A stretch of DNA of 63,322 nucleotides, the filler included, from Squatina squatina (lineage: Eukaryota): the NCBI GenBank assembly GCA_031763465.1. It is 3 parts of 2 records of this genome, joined end to end, with 100 filler letters (N's around TTAATTAATTAA, not from the genome) between each part and the next. Parts side by side here need not be neighbours in the genome. Positions count along the whole stretch, not along the records: positions 25,681 to 39,042 come from JARFOE010000057.1; 2 more parts are not named here. The stretch is one strand, 5' to 3'. Below, one piece after another: positions 25,681 through 38,436 of the stretch (position 1 is its first letter; the number at the start of each line of letters is the position of its first letter). A model generated the notes under the pieces. The model saw nothing but the letters and a program-made list of their open reading frames with translations, searched no databases and was not told the origin of the DNA. Both the position numbers and the translations under genes were made by a program.

Positions 25681-27560
25681 TGGGGGTTGTTGTGGAATGG
25701 AATAAATAAGGTTTTCATTTATCTATTACCTGTATTTTAACTGGAATAAAATTACACAATGAGGCTAAATAATACTACAAAACCTGAAGATCTTTTACCC
25801 AACTCTTTTTAGGCTAGTGTTTGAAAATTTTTGGTGGACAGTTTAACATGCTGCTGAGGCACTTGTCCAGAAAATCTACTAGATTGATTTAGTAGAATAA
25901 TGTGCACTTTTTAATATATATATATTTGAGAGAACAAAGATTGCAGAGTTAGCTCCAAATCCAAATTCTAGCTGTTTTTTGATACCACCAAAAGTTTGAG
26001 TACAATTTTGTCTCAAATGCTTGGAAACATCATGAATTGAACAGTGTTCAAGCTTCCATCCGTGCACCCCAATCGGGTAACGAGGAGCATCTATGGACCA
26101 CAAATTGACCATTCTCATCGCCTAGTGGACCCCGTGATGATACAATTGTGTTTCCCTGCAAGATGTTTCTGTACAAATTTGTATTTGTGGAATAAAACTT
26201 CATGAACACAGATAACTCAATGGGACGCCAACAAAATGTTATAAATTGAGTCCAAATATTTTGGAATAAAAAAATGCACACATTAGGTCTGCTTATACGT
26301 ACTCCACTATCCCTACTTGAAATATTCTACCTCTTCGTATGACTATGGGGGTGAAATTTTGCTGGATGTTCTCCCATTCATTCACTGTAACTTCAGCGAA
26401 AGAACCACAAAAACCCCAGAAAAGCAGCATAAATACTGTTTCCGCTGTTCCCTTCCACTGAAGTTATGGCGGACAATCAGGAGAATCTCTGCAGAAATTC
26501 ATCTTCATCTCATATACAGTGTAATATATTTTCCTCCTAGATCTGTCTCAGATAAAAAAAAGTTTCAAATTTTGTGTTAAAATATTCCAAAAATATTTTA
26601 TAAAGTAGAAATGTTTTCTAAGTGCCAAATAAGTTTTCAAGTTACAGAGTGGGTGTTTGAGGATGTCATTCAAACAATATTTGGGCACAGGGTACTATAG
26701 AAAATCTGCAAAGATTTGCATAAATGTTAACACAGAACAAAGGTATAAGACCCGACTGCTAATTGTCATTGTCAAGCAAGATCAAGTTATATCATCATTA
26801 ACAATTATCCCTATGAATATTGAGAGTGCATGTTTCTTTCCAAAACGTCTTTTTTGTTTGCTGATGAAATTAAAGCAGATTTTCTAAAAGGGCTCTTTTT
26901 GTTCCACAACTCCCAATAGTTGTATTATGACTAGTTCATTTTAGTTATTACCGTGTCATTGGCTGCTGTCTTTGAAAGTCCCCAAAGATGGGTGACAACA
27001 AAAGGAACACCTATCATTGATGGTTATAGCTGTACCAATTGTTTTACAATTGTCACTTGTTTTACATTAACCCACGAAAACTCTCAAGTACTGCCTTTAA
27101 AAGTTCAGATTTCAAGAACAAAAGAATGTAATTTGTACTTGCACAATGCAGATTTTTTTTGAAACAGGTGACACTATAACAAAGGAACACAAATTGGCAA
27201 AGTAAAAGAGAAAGATTGGGAAAGCTGGTGAGCAAAAAAACTTCATACGAAACAGAAAGCATTTTTAAAGAAATGGACAATGGAATAGGAATAGAACTAC
27301 TGTGTTTCTCTGTCTTTTTTACAATGACAATCTATTTAGTCAAGCTCTCTCTGCTCATTCACACCTGATCTTAGAGGGGAAAGTATAGTTACTGTAAACC
27401 TCTGTCCCAACTCAATTCCACAAGAATTTACCTTTAATAACTTTAAATGAAATACAAGAAGAAAAACAGATACTCCTTTCTTCATTATTTTTATCTAAAG
27501 TCTCCATTAATCTAACCCACTAGAAATGTAGGAGAGGAGAAAATTATGTACAGTGCCTAC

Positions 27561-27734
27561 CAGTAATGGATAGATAAGAATGAAAACAGCTGATCCCAGC
27601 AGGGCAGTAGGTCCGAGGAACAATGCAGTGTAGATGATTCCTAGCATGGCGACAAGGGGACCTCCCGTCAACATGGAACCCACAGAGGCTACTTCAAAGA
27701 GACGTTGTCCATCATTTGAGCAGATGTTCACCAA
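27561..27734 (-). CDS. ABCC5: ABCC5/MRP5 internal exon (174 nt), LVNICSNDGQRLFEVASVGSMLTGGPLVAMLGIIYTALFLGPTALLGSAVFILIYPLL
   Basis: Lies within ORF 27507..27734. Acceptor ctttttcag, donor gtaggc, phase 0-0. Matches human LINICSNDGQRMFEAAAVGSLLAGGP...GSAVFILFYPAM and directly follows the 234-nt exon in protein order. Confidence 0.96.
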
Positions 27735-28772
27735 CTGAAAAAGAGTGATAAGCTCAATGTTATATTCTGCAACATCTTAATGAATGTAAGTGCATGGAAG
27801 TCTAGTCATCTGGTCAGCTAGTTTATACTTCCCTGTGCAATTGACTAGTTAGATTTGAAAACTCCTCCCATCAGGATGCAACTTAATAAGTAATAAAACG
27901 TCCCAAAGTGTTTCACAGAGAATGAAGACACCAAGCAGTAAATCAACAAATCTATGTGTATATATAGCACTCCAAAAAGGCAGCAAGATTTCTTAAGACC
28001 GTTTATCAATAAAGAGGAAAGGGATATAGTGGACATTGAACTTGAGGTAAGGGGAGGGGATTGGAGCAGTGAGGACGGACAATCAAATACCCAGGTGAAT
28101 AGGAGTGTTGAAAGCTGGAAGGGAGGTGGCAGGGCTGAGAGTAGAGAATTCTAGTGGGCAGGTGTATAAGGGCTGAACAAGTTAGCCAGCAAAGGTAGAG
28201 CGGAGAAATTTAGGGACAAAGAGTAGCCCAGTTTTAGAGGAGCAGATGGTGTGTGCAGGGACACAGGGCCAGAAGCGATCGCTGATGTAGTGTGAGGTGA
28301 GACAATGGAAGGGCTTAAAATAGAACTGAGAATTTTACAGCCAATTTACTGGGGCACAGGGAGGTTTGATAGGATGGTGGTGTTTGGCTTTGTGCAGGTA
28401 AGGACAATATTCAGAAAAAGAGGTGCTTTCCAGGGGGATGAAGGTGAATATTATTTGCAATAATAAAAATTATGGTATACCTCCTGCCCCTTCAACTAAA
28501 GGAGGATGGAGATGTCCTTTAACATAACAGGATAAATCTCATTCCAGTGATACAAGCTTCAGAGTTCCAAATCTATTCCATAAGAAAGTTTGCATGGCGA
28601 AATACAATTGTTTACCTGGGAGTGATTCAAAAGATGTATTGAGTAGCTTAGGTGATTTCGATATGGAAGTAAAAAAACAACAGAAATCTCGCTTGCAGAA
28701 AATTGTTTTGTATTTACATATTTTCCATTCGTCGTACATAAAACTGTCCTTGCTCTGACATCCTGCGAGTCT

Positions 28773-28855
28773 GCCCTCTCGGTGCCTCTGACAGCCCCTG
28801 TCTCAGCCCTCTTTGTATCTCTGACAGCCCCTGTTGTTGCCCTCTCTGAGCTCCT
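28773..28855 (+). repeat. Degenerate 33-bp tandem repeat (about 2.5 copies) in an ABCC5 intron
   Basis: GCCCTCT at 28773, 28806 and 28839; CTCTGACAGCCCCTGT occurs twice. Confidence 0.75.
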
Positions 28856-29902
28856 CACATCTCTGTCTTTTCCCAGTCTGTTGAAGAGTATTGCAGCACA
28901 ATAGGTACATGGATTGATGACAAGGAATTCATAATACTTTGAACCCTGAGATTAGAGTCCTGCCTTAAAATACTCTCGCATATCAATTACTTTCTATAAC
29001 ATATATTGGTAATGTTTGACGACTTGGTCAGTTTTGGGCAAACAGTGACAGCCAGTGGGGATGCATAGAACTGCTGTGCTCCTTGTCTTTGCTGTGTTNN
29101 NNNNNNNNNNNNNNNNNNNNNNNNNNNNNNNNNNNNNNNNNNNNNNNNNNNNNNNNNNNNNNNNNNNNNNNNNNNNNNNNNNNNNNNNNNNNNNNNNNGG
29201 TTTTCCAGCTTATAATTCACAAAACATAATTTTCTGAGTAACATAATTATTAATTAGCTTTTGGTTACCATAACCTTTGAAAAAATATCACACTTGATTA
29301 TATTTTAATGTTGAGTGGGAAATAGGACTTGCTGTGACTTATGTGCAATGTGGTTAGGTTGTTGTCAAAGGTCATTGACTTTTAATAATGTTTGCCACTG
29401 AGTACAGGAATCAGGTCTGGCTGAAACTAATTAGTTGTTGGTGAGCTAATCTTGAATACCATTCTTGAAAAAAACATGGTGAAAGGAGTTAGCTTTTGGA
29501 GTTGTTGCAATTTGGAAGAGAGCGCAAAAGAGCTTCTTAAGAGTTGTCATTTTCACAGTTTATTTCATGGAGTACTCCTTTGAATTTTATCTCGAGGATA
29601 AAACATTCACTGTGAATGATTGCAATTTGAAATGAATAGCCATTAACATGCTTACACTTGGTGGTTGCTATATATACTAAACAATGTTATTCAATGAAAA
29701 GTGTGCATATTTCTTCCTCATTCTTTATTTTACCTCTGCAACAGTTATCTTTTCCCTTTACTTTATTCAGTATTGGAAATGTTGCATGGGGAGAGGGCAG
29801 CAGTAGGGGTTTCAGATGCTCCTCTGTCACATGAGTATTAAAATAGATATATCTAGATAAATAAAAAATGTTCTTAGAAGCGGCACACAAGGAAATGCTT
29901 AC

Positions 29903-30136
29903 TTCTCCAACCGTCACATCTTTAGTGTTTCGTAATTTAAGAATTTTTTCAAAGGCCAGGGTAAGTAACGCTCCCCGAAGTCGAGTTCCAGTTCGATAGT
30001 TTAAAGCCCAGGTCAGAGCAAATGACCATGAACGCACCAGCTCTGCTGTAAAAATGCCAAACACTAAGAGCATCCCATACGGAAGGTTTGATTCTGAGGC
30101 CTGTGCATACTCTAACAGTCTCCTAATGACAAGAGC
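29903..30136 (-). CDS. ABCC5: ABCC5/MRP5 internal exon (234 nt), ALVIRRLLEYAQASESNLPYGMLLVFGIFTAELVRSWSFALTWALNYRTGTRLRGALLTLAFEKILKLRNTKDVTVGE (TMD1)
   Basis: Lies within ORF 29687..30151. Acceptor tttccaacag, donor gtaagc, phase 0-0. The RSWSxALTWALNYRTGxRLRGA motif is characteristic of ABCC5 rather than ABCC11/12. Confidence 0.96.
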
Positions 30137-30924
30137 CTGTTGGAAAAACACAAGGGGTCAATATCATTCTGCTGCAGATCATGGCAAATACTTTACAAGA
30201 TATTGAACTGTTAATCTGCAATTTTTTTTATGTCAATGCTCTTAGCACATTGGAAAAGAACTATATGGCAGTGCAAGGTTTTAGCAGATTGCAGCTGATG
30301 CAGTGAATCCTCTTATCAAGGAGTGACAAGTCTGGAATATATTTAGATAAACATAAATTCAATGCAAGATTTCAAAGTTTCAGTGAAAAGATTATATATG
30401 GAATGCATGATTTTGCAATTTCATTTTTGTTTAAGAATGTAACTGTTGTCCATTTTTCAAAACACATTAAGGGTCTAAATTAGATAGCCCCAAAAATGGA
30501 TGCGAAGATCGTGAAGTGAGCAGAAAAGTGGCAGGACAACAGTTACATTCTTAAACAAAAATGAAATTGCAAAATCATGCATTCCATATATACCCTCTCC
30601 TACAGTGTGACTACTGTTTGGGGGCCTCTACACTACACCTACCAGTGTCTTCCTTTCCTCGTTATTTTTTATCTCCACCCAAATGGACTGTACATCTTCT
30701 GAGCCGAGACCATCTCTCCCAACTGTACTTATTTCATCTCTTATTAACAAGAAATAATGGGGGCTTGTAAAAAGAATAGTGCATTAATCATGGGCAACTT
30801 TAATCTTCATGTAGATTGGGTTAANNNNNNNNNNNNNNNNNNNNNNNNNNNNNNNNNNNNNNNNNNNNNNNNNNNNNNNNNNNNNNNNNNNNNNNNNNNN
30901 NNNNNNNNNNNNNNNNNNNNNNNN

Positions 30925-31135
30925 GGGCGGGCAGGCAGCCATCTTGGACGTTGCGCCCGCCCTCTACCACCGGCCGCCGCACTTTGAGCGCTCCCGGTGC
31001 AACGCTCCTTTAGCGCCCGGAATCGAGCCACCCGAATTGCTGAGCGCACAACTTAGCGCTGAAAATCGTCGTTAGGCCGTTGACGCCCGTTTTGCGCTAT
31101 TTTAGCGCAGGCATTAACAGCCGAATTGGCCACCC
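30925..31135. mobile_element. MITE-like right end in an ABCC5 intron
   Basis: CpG-rich with TTAGCGC repeats; ends GAATTGGCCACCC. Confidence 0.6.
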
Positions 31136-31325
31136 ATAGTTTTTAATCCAGCTATCATAGTCCATAATAAAGAAATTTTGCATCTTGAAAGTATTGAAGT
31201 GCTTATTATGGTGGACTATCCCAAATTAAGTCCAAATTTTGAAACTGTCTTGTAGTATCTCGTTCAAGTGAACCACACAGTATACCTCATGTTTCAGAAA
31301 GTTTATCAAAGGAAATATCACTCAC

Positions 31326-31473
31326 AGGGCCAACAAAGCTAGCTAGCATTGTAATCATCAGACAACCAATAGCGATGAAAGCCCTTGTTTGACAGAACCG
31401 CCACGCGACTCGCCCCAGTGAAGCCTTCTCTCGTCCATGCTGCTTCAGTTCATCTTGCCATAGCTTCTCAAAT
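31326..31473 (-). CDS. ABCC5: ABCC5/MRP5 internal exon (148 nt), (R)FEKLWQDELKQHGREKASLGRVAWRFCQTRAFIAIGCLMITMLASFVGP
   Basis: Translated by hand; not in the ORF track. Acceptor aatgcag and donor gtgagt. Resembles human ABCC5 RLERLWQEELNEVGPDAASLRRVVWIFCRTRLILSIVCLMITQLAGFSGP. Ends in phase 0, compatible with the next exon. Confidence 0.93.
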
Positions 31474-31814
31474 CTGCATTGACAATCAACAGAATTGAAT
31501 AGATTAACAAACTGGAAATAACGCAGGGCAGGATATACTTAAAGTGATTTTTAAATAAAATTAAACAAGACATTTTAAAACAACATAAATGCTTTATGAA
31601 TTAGTACAGGTGATTTTACAATACAAATTTGTATAAAATCCTTGTAAAGTCAGTCATATAATCAACATTATGTATTTGGTCATGACACAAAAGCTTAAGG
31701 TTCTGCTTACTGAAATCACTCCAAGGCAGCCCTGCCAACATATTACCTTGGAGTGAGCTTGAACTCACATTCCAACTGGATTACAATCCAAACAGAATAA
31801 CTCTCGCATAGCAC

Positions 31815-32093
31815 TCAGGTGGATGTAAAAGATTCAATGGCACGATTTTGAAGAAAAGCAGGGGAGTTATCCCCGGTGTCCTGGCCAATATTTGTCCCTC
31901 AACCAACATCACTAAAAAACATAATCATCTGGGTCATTATCCCATTGCTGTTTGTGGGACCTTGCTGTGTGCAAATTGGCTGCCACGTTTCCGACATTAC
32001 AACAGTGATTACACTGCAAAGCTACTTCATTGGCTGTAAAGTGCTTTGGGAGGGCTGGTGGTCATGAAAGGCGCTATATAAATGCAAACCTTT
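31815..32093 (+). mobile_element. Deu-domain SINE, 5'-truncated
   Basis: Homologous to 8895-9252. Confidence 0.85.
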
Positions 32094-33652
32094 CCAAGTA
32101 TTGTGCTAGGTATTGAGACGTCATTCCAGGTTTCCTTGGCCTTCCCTGAAAAGATGAATGATACTGAAATGACGGCAGCAATTATAGGCCTGCCACTTTT
32201 TGCCGAATCCAAAGACAATAAGTAAGGACCTGTTTGTNNNNNNNNNNNNNNNNNNNNNNNNNNNNNNNNNNNNNNNNNNNNNNNNNNNNNNNNNNNNNNN
32301 NNNNNNNNNNNNNNNNNNNNNNNNNNNNNNNNNNNNNTTTAAAGTGAAATAATAGTGCGTAAGCTCACGATTGGCACGTGAGAAAAAAAACCGAACAATA
32401 ACAAACATTTAATCTACCGTGTCGACACAAAAAACAGTGGAGGCGGGCGAGTGTTGCCGACATTCGCTCGTCTTTATGGCGTTAGCCCTGTGAATTCTGA
32501 GGGGACTCCCTCAAGTCACATCACAAAACACTCTTGAAACTTCTAAGGCACACCTCTCTGTTCAGCATGATTTTAACTTCCTTTTTAGTGTTCGTAGCCA
32601 AAGTGGTTGTTTACAAAGAAACACGTGAATTGATGGCAGAGATACAAACTGTAAACATCAAAAAGAAACGCTCAAACATTCTTAGCGTGAAAATAAGAAA
32701 GTCGGGGTGAGGTAACACAATCTCATAACAATTCAGGACGATCTGTGCATAAATGTTAAGAAGTTCCAAATTTAGTTACTCTTGTGTTGCGATTATAAGA
32801 CACAGCACGCCAATAATAAATGACTCAGATAATCATGCGCTCAATACTTAAACCGAGTTAAGGCTAGTGTTGGTCTCCACATAACCGTACCGAAACAAAC
32901 CAACAGTGAAGCTGTTGAATATACATTCTGAAATTCCAAGACTATTTAAAGTGGCAGGGCTATCGTTATAGTGTTATTAACAAACTACTTATGTGGACTT
33001 ACAGCCGTGGGATCAGGACTGAAACAAGCCTCGGCCTTTTCCATGTAAGTCTAAGTGGTTGTTGGAGAAGTAGATCTGTCTCCCGCATCTGTTGTCCTGT
33101 GTTCCCACAATGTGATCAGAATCAGCTGGAACTGCAGACACCACCTTCTGTCGTGTCGTCATTGACACCAATGCCAATCACATTGCGACATTCACAGCCC
33201 TAGTAACAAGGTCACATGAACATAAACAAGTACAGCTCGCAATGCAACAGGCAATTGGAGAAATGAATCAGATTCAAAGGGATTACATGTGACTGAGGAA
33301 TCAGAACAGATTTATCGGGGGTAGGGCTACATATGTACGGAGAATCGCAATTGGACAGTCACAGTTTGGACGACATATAGATAGAAATTACAATATAGCA
33401 TTCAGTCATGGGGCAACATAACTATATAAGGAAATTTCAACAGAGCATTCTGTGATGGGATAAGGTCATCATAGAAGTCACAAAAGTCAGTGATGGTCCA
33501 ACAGTTACATTCACATCACCACAGTCAACGATGGGACAACAATTATACCAAAATCACAGTCAATAATGGGACAATTTAACTATATGAGGAATTAGAACAA
33601 GTCAGAATATTACAGTAATATAATCAATACCATACAGGACTGTGTCATAATC

Positions 33653-33920
33653 CCATTAAACCGGGGTTATGTCTGTCTTCTCAGGTAGATATAAAAGATC
33701 CCATGGCACCATTCGAAGAGGAGCAGGGAAATTCTCTCGGTGCACTGACCAACATTTATCCCTCAAGAAACACCACTAGAACAATTTAATTGGTCATTTA
33801 AATCATTGCTGTTTGAGTGATCTTACTGTGCACAAATTATAATAGTGAGTTTAATTCAAACAGTAATTAATTGGTTATGAAGTGCTTTGGGACATTCTGA
33901 GAACACAAGTTCTGTCTTGT
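33653..33920 (+). mobile_element. Deu-domain SINE, degenerate
   Basis: AAAAGATCCCATGGCACCATTCGAAGAGGAGCAGGG core. Confidence 0.78.
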
Positions 33921-35113
33921 TCTTACTAAGATGGTTGCAGGGAATAACTGGCTTTAGTTATAAGAAGATACTAGAAAAATTGGAACTCTTTAGAATAAAA
34001 GTTGAGATAGGCTAGAGATATTGAAAAAGATGAAATGTTTTGATAAGGTAAATAGGGGAAACAATTCCCACTGTTGGTGAATTGATAACTGGAGACCATA
34101 AATTTACAATAATCACTAAAAGAGCCACAGGCAAGATCAGGAGAACCTTTTATNNNNNNNNNNNNNNNNNNNNNNNNNNNNNNNNNNNNNNNNNNNNNNN
34201 NNNNNNNNNNNNNNNNNNNNNNNNNNNNNNNNNNNNNNNNNNNNNNNNNNNNNGTCGTCAGTAAATTGCAGCTGGTCAAGATTTAAAAGTGAAGAATACA
34301 ACATTTGGGAGCCAGAGCTTTTTTTATTGTATCAGTTTTGAGTGCCTATCCTCGGCACGAAAGTGATAGAAATGGGAGTTTCACAATCCTATTTTTTTGT
34401 GGGTTGTTTTTAAAAGTGTGGCCACTTAAAACCTCTTGAACTCTTTGAACATTACTCATCAATTTTTTTTAATGTGAACACTATAGCAGCATCTCATTTG
34501 TAAGTTCTGTCTGTGATATTACCTCTTAATTAACCTGCAGGATATCTCTGCTTTGCTCCACAATAGCCCTATTGCTGTTACAGTTTTCAAAGTATAATCC
34601 TGATCTCAAACAACAGGAATGATGAATGATTCACATCATCTCAATGCAGGGATTTGCCAAAAACAGAAGAATTTGATAAATTAATGTCCATTGCAGTGTC
34701 TTTGTTCTGACAGTTTCACTTTGATGTTCATAGATAAATCTTGGCCTGACTTGCATTGTAGTTAGACATCATTAACTGCCACAGTAACTTGTCATACAGC
34801 AGGCTTTTCAATTTAATGGTGCTGAATATATTTAACACATACATTTGGTTTTCGTGTTTGTACAGATACAGTACTGTAAATTCACTAATGCACTAAAATC
34901 TAAATCATAGTGTGCTTCCTGGATTAACGCTGTCACCAAATACAATTCAATTCATCTAGCCTTAATCATATCAGATTCAGTTAAGTTAAAGAGCAAATAT
35001 CTCATGTGCCATTNNNNNNNNNNNNNNNNNNNNNNNNNNNNNNNNNNNNNNNNNNNNNNNNNNNNNNNNNNNNNNNNNNNNNNNNNNNNNNNNNNNNNNN
35101 NNNNNNNNNNNNN

Positions 35114-35247
35114 TGTGCAAATTGGTTGGCGCATTTCCTTACACTACAGCAGTGACTACACATCAATAATTATTTCATTGGCTATTAAGCTTTTTGGGAC
35201 GATCTGACGTCGTGGGAGGCGATACATAAGTGCAAATCTTTCTTTTA
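35114..35247 (+). mobile_element. Deu-domain SINE 3' part
   Basis: TGTGCAAATTGGTTGGCGCATTTCC...CAGTGACTACAC...CATTGGCT. Confidence 0.75.
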
Positions 35248-36571
35248 CCAGACTCAATTAATTCAATCAGTATAACTTATCTTTGCCTAGTACAAAATAA
35301 TGAGCCAAGACCATGCTTGGCGTAAACAAAACCACTCCTGCATCTCCTCAACCTGACAAAAACTTGCCCGTGCAGTTTTTGTTTGAAGACCTGATTGGCT
35401 GAGTGTCTCTTTTTTTATATATTCCTTTGTTCACAACCAGGAACCTCCCAACACAACAATCAATTATCACGACAGGCTAACAAATTGCTTATTGTTTGCA
35501 ATCTTAGCATTTTAATCTCATTCTTGTCTCTGTATGTTTTATTTTAAACCTGTGTGAATGCACTTTGCTTTAAGATACATCCTTTAAATATAACTTTACT
35601 TCCCCAAAATCTTTTCAGTGGAAAAGTTAGCAAAAAAACACAAAAGGTGACCATGGCTTTAACATCATAAAAGGTTCCAGAGCACTTTATGGAGGTAAAA
35701 TCATGTACCAAGCAGAAATGGGACGTGACCAAAGACATAATCGAAAAGAAAGCTTTTGAGGAGCAAAATCAAGGGGAAGGGCTTTCCAGAGTTTGGTATC
35801 AAGATTGGAGATAGAGCAGAAAGAGGATGGATGCAAAGGAGGACAGAATCAGAAGAGTGTTCTCTGGTACATTGGGCTGGATGAAAGTGCAGAAGTAGGA
35901 AAGGACGGGAATTGGTTTGTAGATGAATGCAAGGATTTTGAATTCAATATATAAGTGTTAATGAAAGTCTAGCAAGACTTAAAAGGTTCTTTTGACCGAG
36001 CAAAGTGTAAGTGGTTAAGAGGATTTATCAAACCTTCTCATTTTTGTATCTCTCTTTCCAGAGTTTGACCGCACCTTTAGTATGTTGACTGGAATTGCAC
36101 CTATTAACCCAATGATGCCTGGATTGGGCATCATCCCTCAAGACATGCCTGTAGTCAAGGAAATCATCCATTGTAAAAGCTGTACACTTTTTCCTCCAAA
36201 TCCAAGTAAGTGTGTGAGTTGCAAGAGAATAACTAATTGTTGATGGAAATTTATCGATATTTTTCATGATTTATTTATATCTTGCTTCTGATGGCTTTTT
36301 GTGAACAGNNNNNNNNNNNNNNNNNNNNNNNNNNNNNNNNNNNNNNNNNNNNNNNNNNNNNNNNNNNNNNNNNNNNNNNNNNNNNNNNNNNNNNNNNNNN
36401 NNNNNNNNTCCCAAAGAACTTCACAGCCAAGGAATTATCTTTGAAGTGCAATCACTGTTGTAGTGTAGGAAATCCAGTGGTAGGGATTGTACTGCTGCAC
36501 TCTGCCCTTAAACCCTAACATCTAACACCACTGATTTTGTTTAGTTTCTAAGGATTTCTGTTCACATTCAG

Positions 36572-36805
36572 GCTATCGCATGAGGCTGGGATCGAGCACA
36601 GACAAGAAGGACACAGGCCGCCTGCATGTTGACTTTGCTCAAGCTAGGGATGACGTTTATGAATGGGAGTGTAAACAGCGTATGATGGCAAGAGAGGAGC
36701 GCCATCGACGAAGAGTGGAAGAAGATAGATTTCGACTACCTTCACCTCCACCAATAGTGCATTATTCAGAACATGAAAGTGCTGCACTGTCCGAAAAACT
36801 TCGAG
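36572..36805 (+). CDS. ENOX2: ENOX-family (ecto-NOX disulfide-thiol exchanger) internal exon (234 nt), (G)YRMRLGSSTDKKDTGRLHVDFAQARDDVYEWECKQRMMAREERHRRRVEEDRFRLPSPPPIVHYSEHESAALSEKLR
   Basis: Lies within ORF 36580..36918. Acceptor cattcag, donor gtaatt, phase 1-1. Covers the end of the RRM plus coiled coil of ENOX1/2. KKDTGR favours ENOX2 over ENOX1 (KKDSGR); the paralogue call is less certain than the family call. Confidence 0.9.
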
Positions 36806-37692
36806 GTAATTTAAAAGTTCTGCACCATAAGTCTTTTGTTCTTAGTTTCAACCTTTTGTGGGCAACATTTTATTTCTGCTTCCAAAATAGGGTCATTTTC
36901 ACATCCACCTCTTTGTAAAAGTTTTGCACCTAACAAATGCATGCCGTACTTTTGTTTTTCACACATGCGAGCCAACCGTAATAAATTAAAACAGAACAAT
37001 GTTAAAAGGAAAGTGTTAGAATGAGAGATATAATCAGTCATTTTCTGCTTTGACATTAGAATCTTTAGTTGCCTGGTGATTGAACATCTACTCTGGTTAA
37101 TAATTAATTACCTAAAAATCGAATTCTCAACACAATTTACAATCCTAACTGAAAAATTTTGGTCAATGTGAAATGTTTCTGCAGGCAAACACTGAATTGC
37201 TCCGAGATATTTGTGCATCGCCTCAAAATGCCAGTCAAAGACCTGATGTAGAAAATGTGCCTAACATAATGCAGCCTCATTTGTTTGAAATCATTGGAAT
37301 ACTGTGATTCGTTTGCACAATGTATTTCAGCCGTATTGAAAATATTTCACTTGCTTGCTGCCATGGCAGGTAATTCCAAAATTTGTCAAGCTAGTAGCTA
37401 TTTGTTGCTATTAGTTTCAAGATCAGTACAAAGCAGCATTGCACCAGGAGCCAAATCAATATTTAAATGGATGCCTAATACCAGTGCCAGACAATAGAAT
37501 TAAACTTGACATTTTAGAAACCACTACAACAGAAAATGAGTTTTAATGCTATTCCATTCCTTTTTTTTGTGAGCACATACGCGGTTGTAAATAGTACATG
37601 TTGTGACCGTGAAGTTAATATACAAAAAAGTATAAGTGTACACTTGATTTCAGGATATAGGATTTATTTATTTTGTATGTGCTTATCCACAG

Positions 37693-37762
37693 GAATGTCC
37701 CAGTGGGATAGTCAATGAAGAGACATTCAAAGAGATTTATGCACAGTTCTTTCCCCAAGGAG
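37693..37762 (+). CDS. KCNIP4: Isolated KCNIP/KChIP (neuronal calcium sensor) exon, 70 nt, [23 protein letters not shown](D), EF-hand 1 region
   Basis: Acceptor ttatccacag, donor gtgagt, phase 0-1. The peptide is closest to recalled human KCNIP4 [23 protein letters not shown]. The family is well supported but the paralogue is tentative. No other KCNIP exon was seen in the window. Confidence 0.85.
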
Positions 37763-37798
37763 GTGAGTATTTATACTGACAACACCAATAGTCATATG

Positions 37799-37875
37799 AA
37801 AGAAAGAACTTGCATCTTTCATGACCCCAAGATGTCCCAAAGTGCTGTACAGCCAATTAAGTACTTTTTGAAGTG
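37799..37875 (-). mobile_element. Deu-domain SINE 3' part
   Basis: AAAGAAAGAACTTGCAT...GTCCCAAAGTGCTGTACAGCCAAT, the reverse complement of the SINE tail. Confidence 0.75.
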
Positions 37876-38436
37876 NNNNNNNNNNNNNNNNNNNNNNNNN
37901 NNNNNNNNNNNNNNNNNNNNNNNNNNNNNNNNNNNNNNNNNNNNNNNNNNNNNNNNNNNNNNNNNNNNNNNNNNNTCTGACCGTGGCAAGTTGTGACATT
38001 GAACTTAATAAATCTAGTTATTTCAAGGCTGACAGCAGAACAATGTATTACCATGAAAACAACAGATTACTTACAAATCTAACTAATATCGTTCAAGGAG
38101 GTTACTTGCCAACCCTACTCTGCCTGGCCTACACATGACTCCAATTCCACACAACATGATTGACTGTGGCATATCAAGCTATTCAGTTATAACAATATCT
38201 ACTACGAAGCAAAAAGGTAGCCCATCAACACCTTCTCAGAGCAACTAAGGATGCAGCCTTGCCAGTGTCATCCACATCTTGAGAACAAATGTTTTAAAAT
38301 ATTCCAACACCAAGTCATTTTCAGGACAGAGAGCAATTGACATGCAAGTATTCTGGTTAGATTGCTTTTGAACAGTTAAATCTGTTTCTTCCTTTTCTTT
38401 GGCTTACATTTGAATATATCAATCTCTTTCTTGCAG

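Noticed and set aside
33003-33200. Missing upstream ABCC5 exon (a good minus-strand donor gtaagt is present)
   Set aside because: All three frames from the candidate acceptor hit stops, and there is no similarity to the expected HPVDNAGLFS-type peptide.
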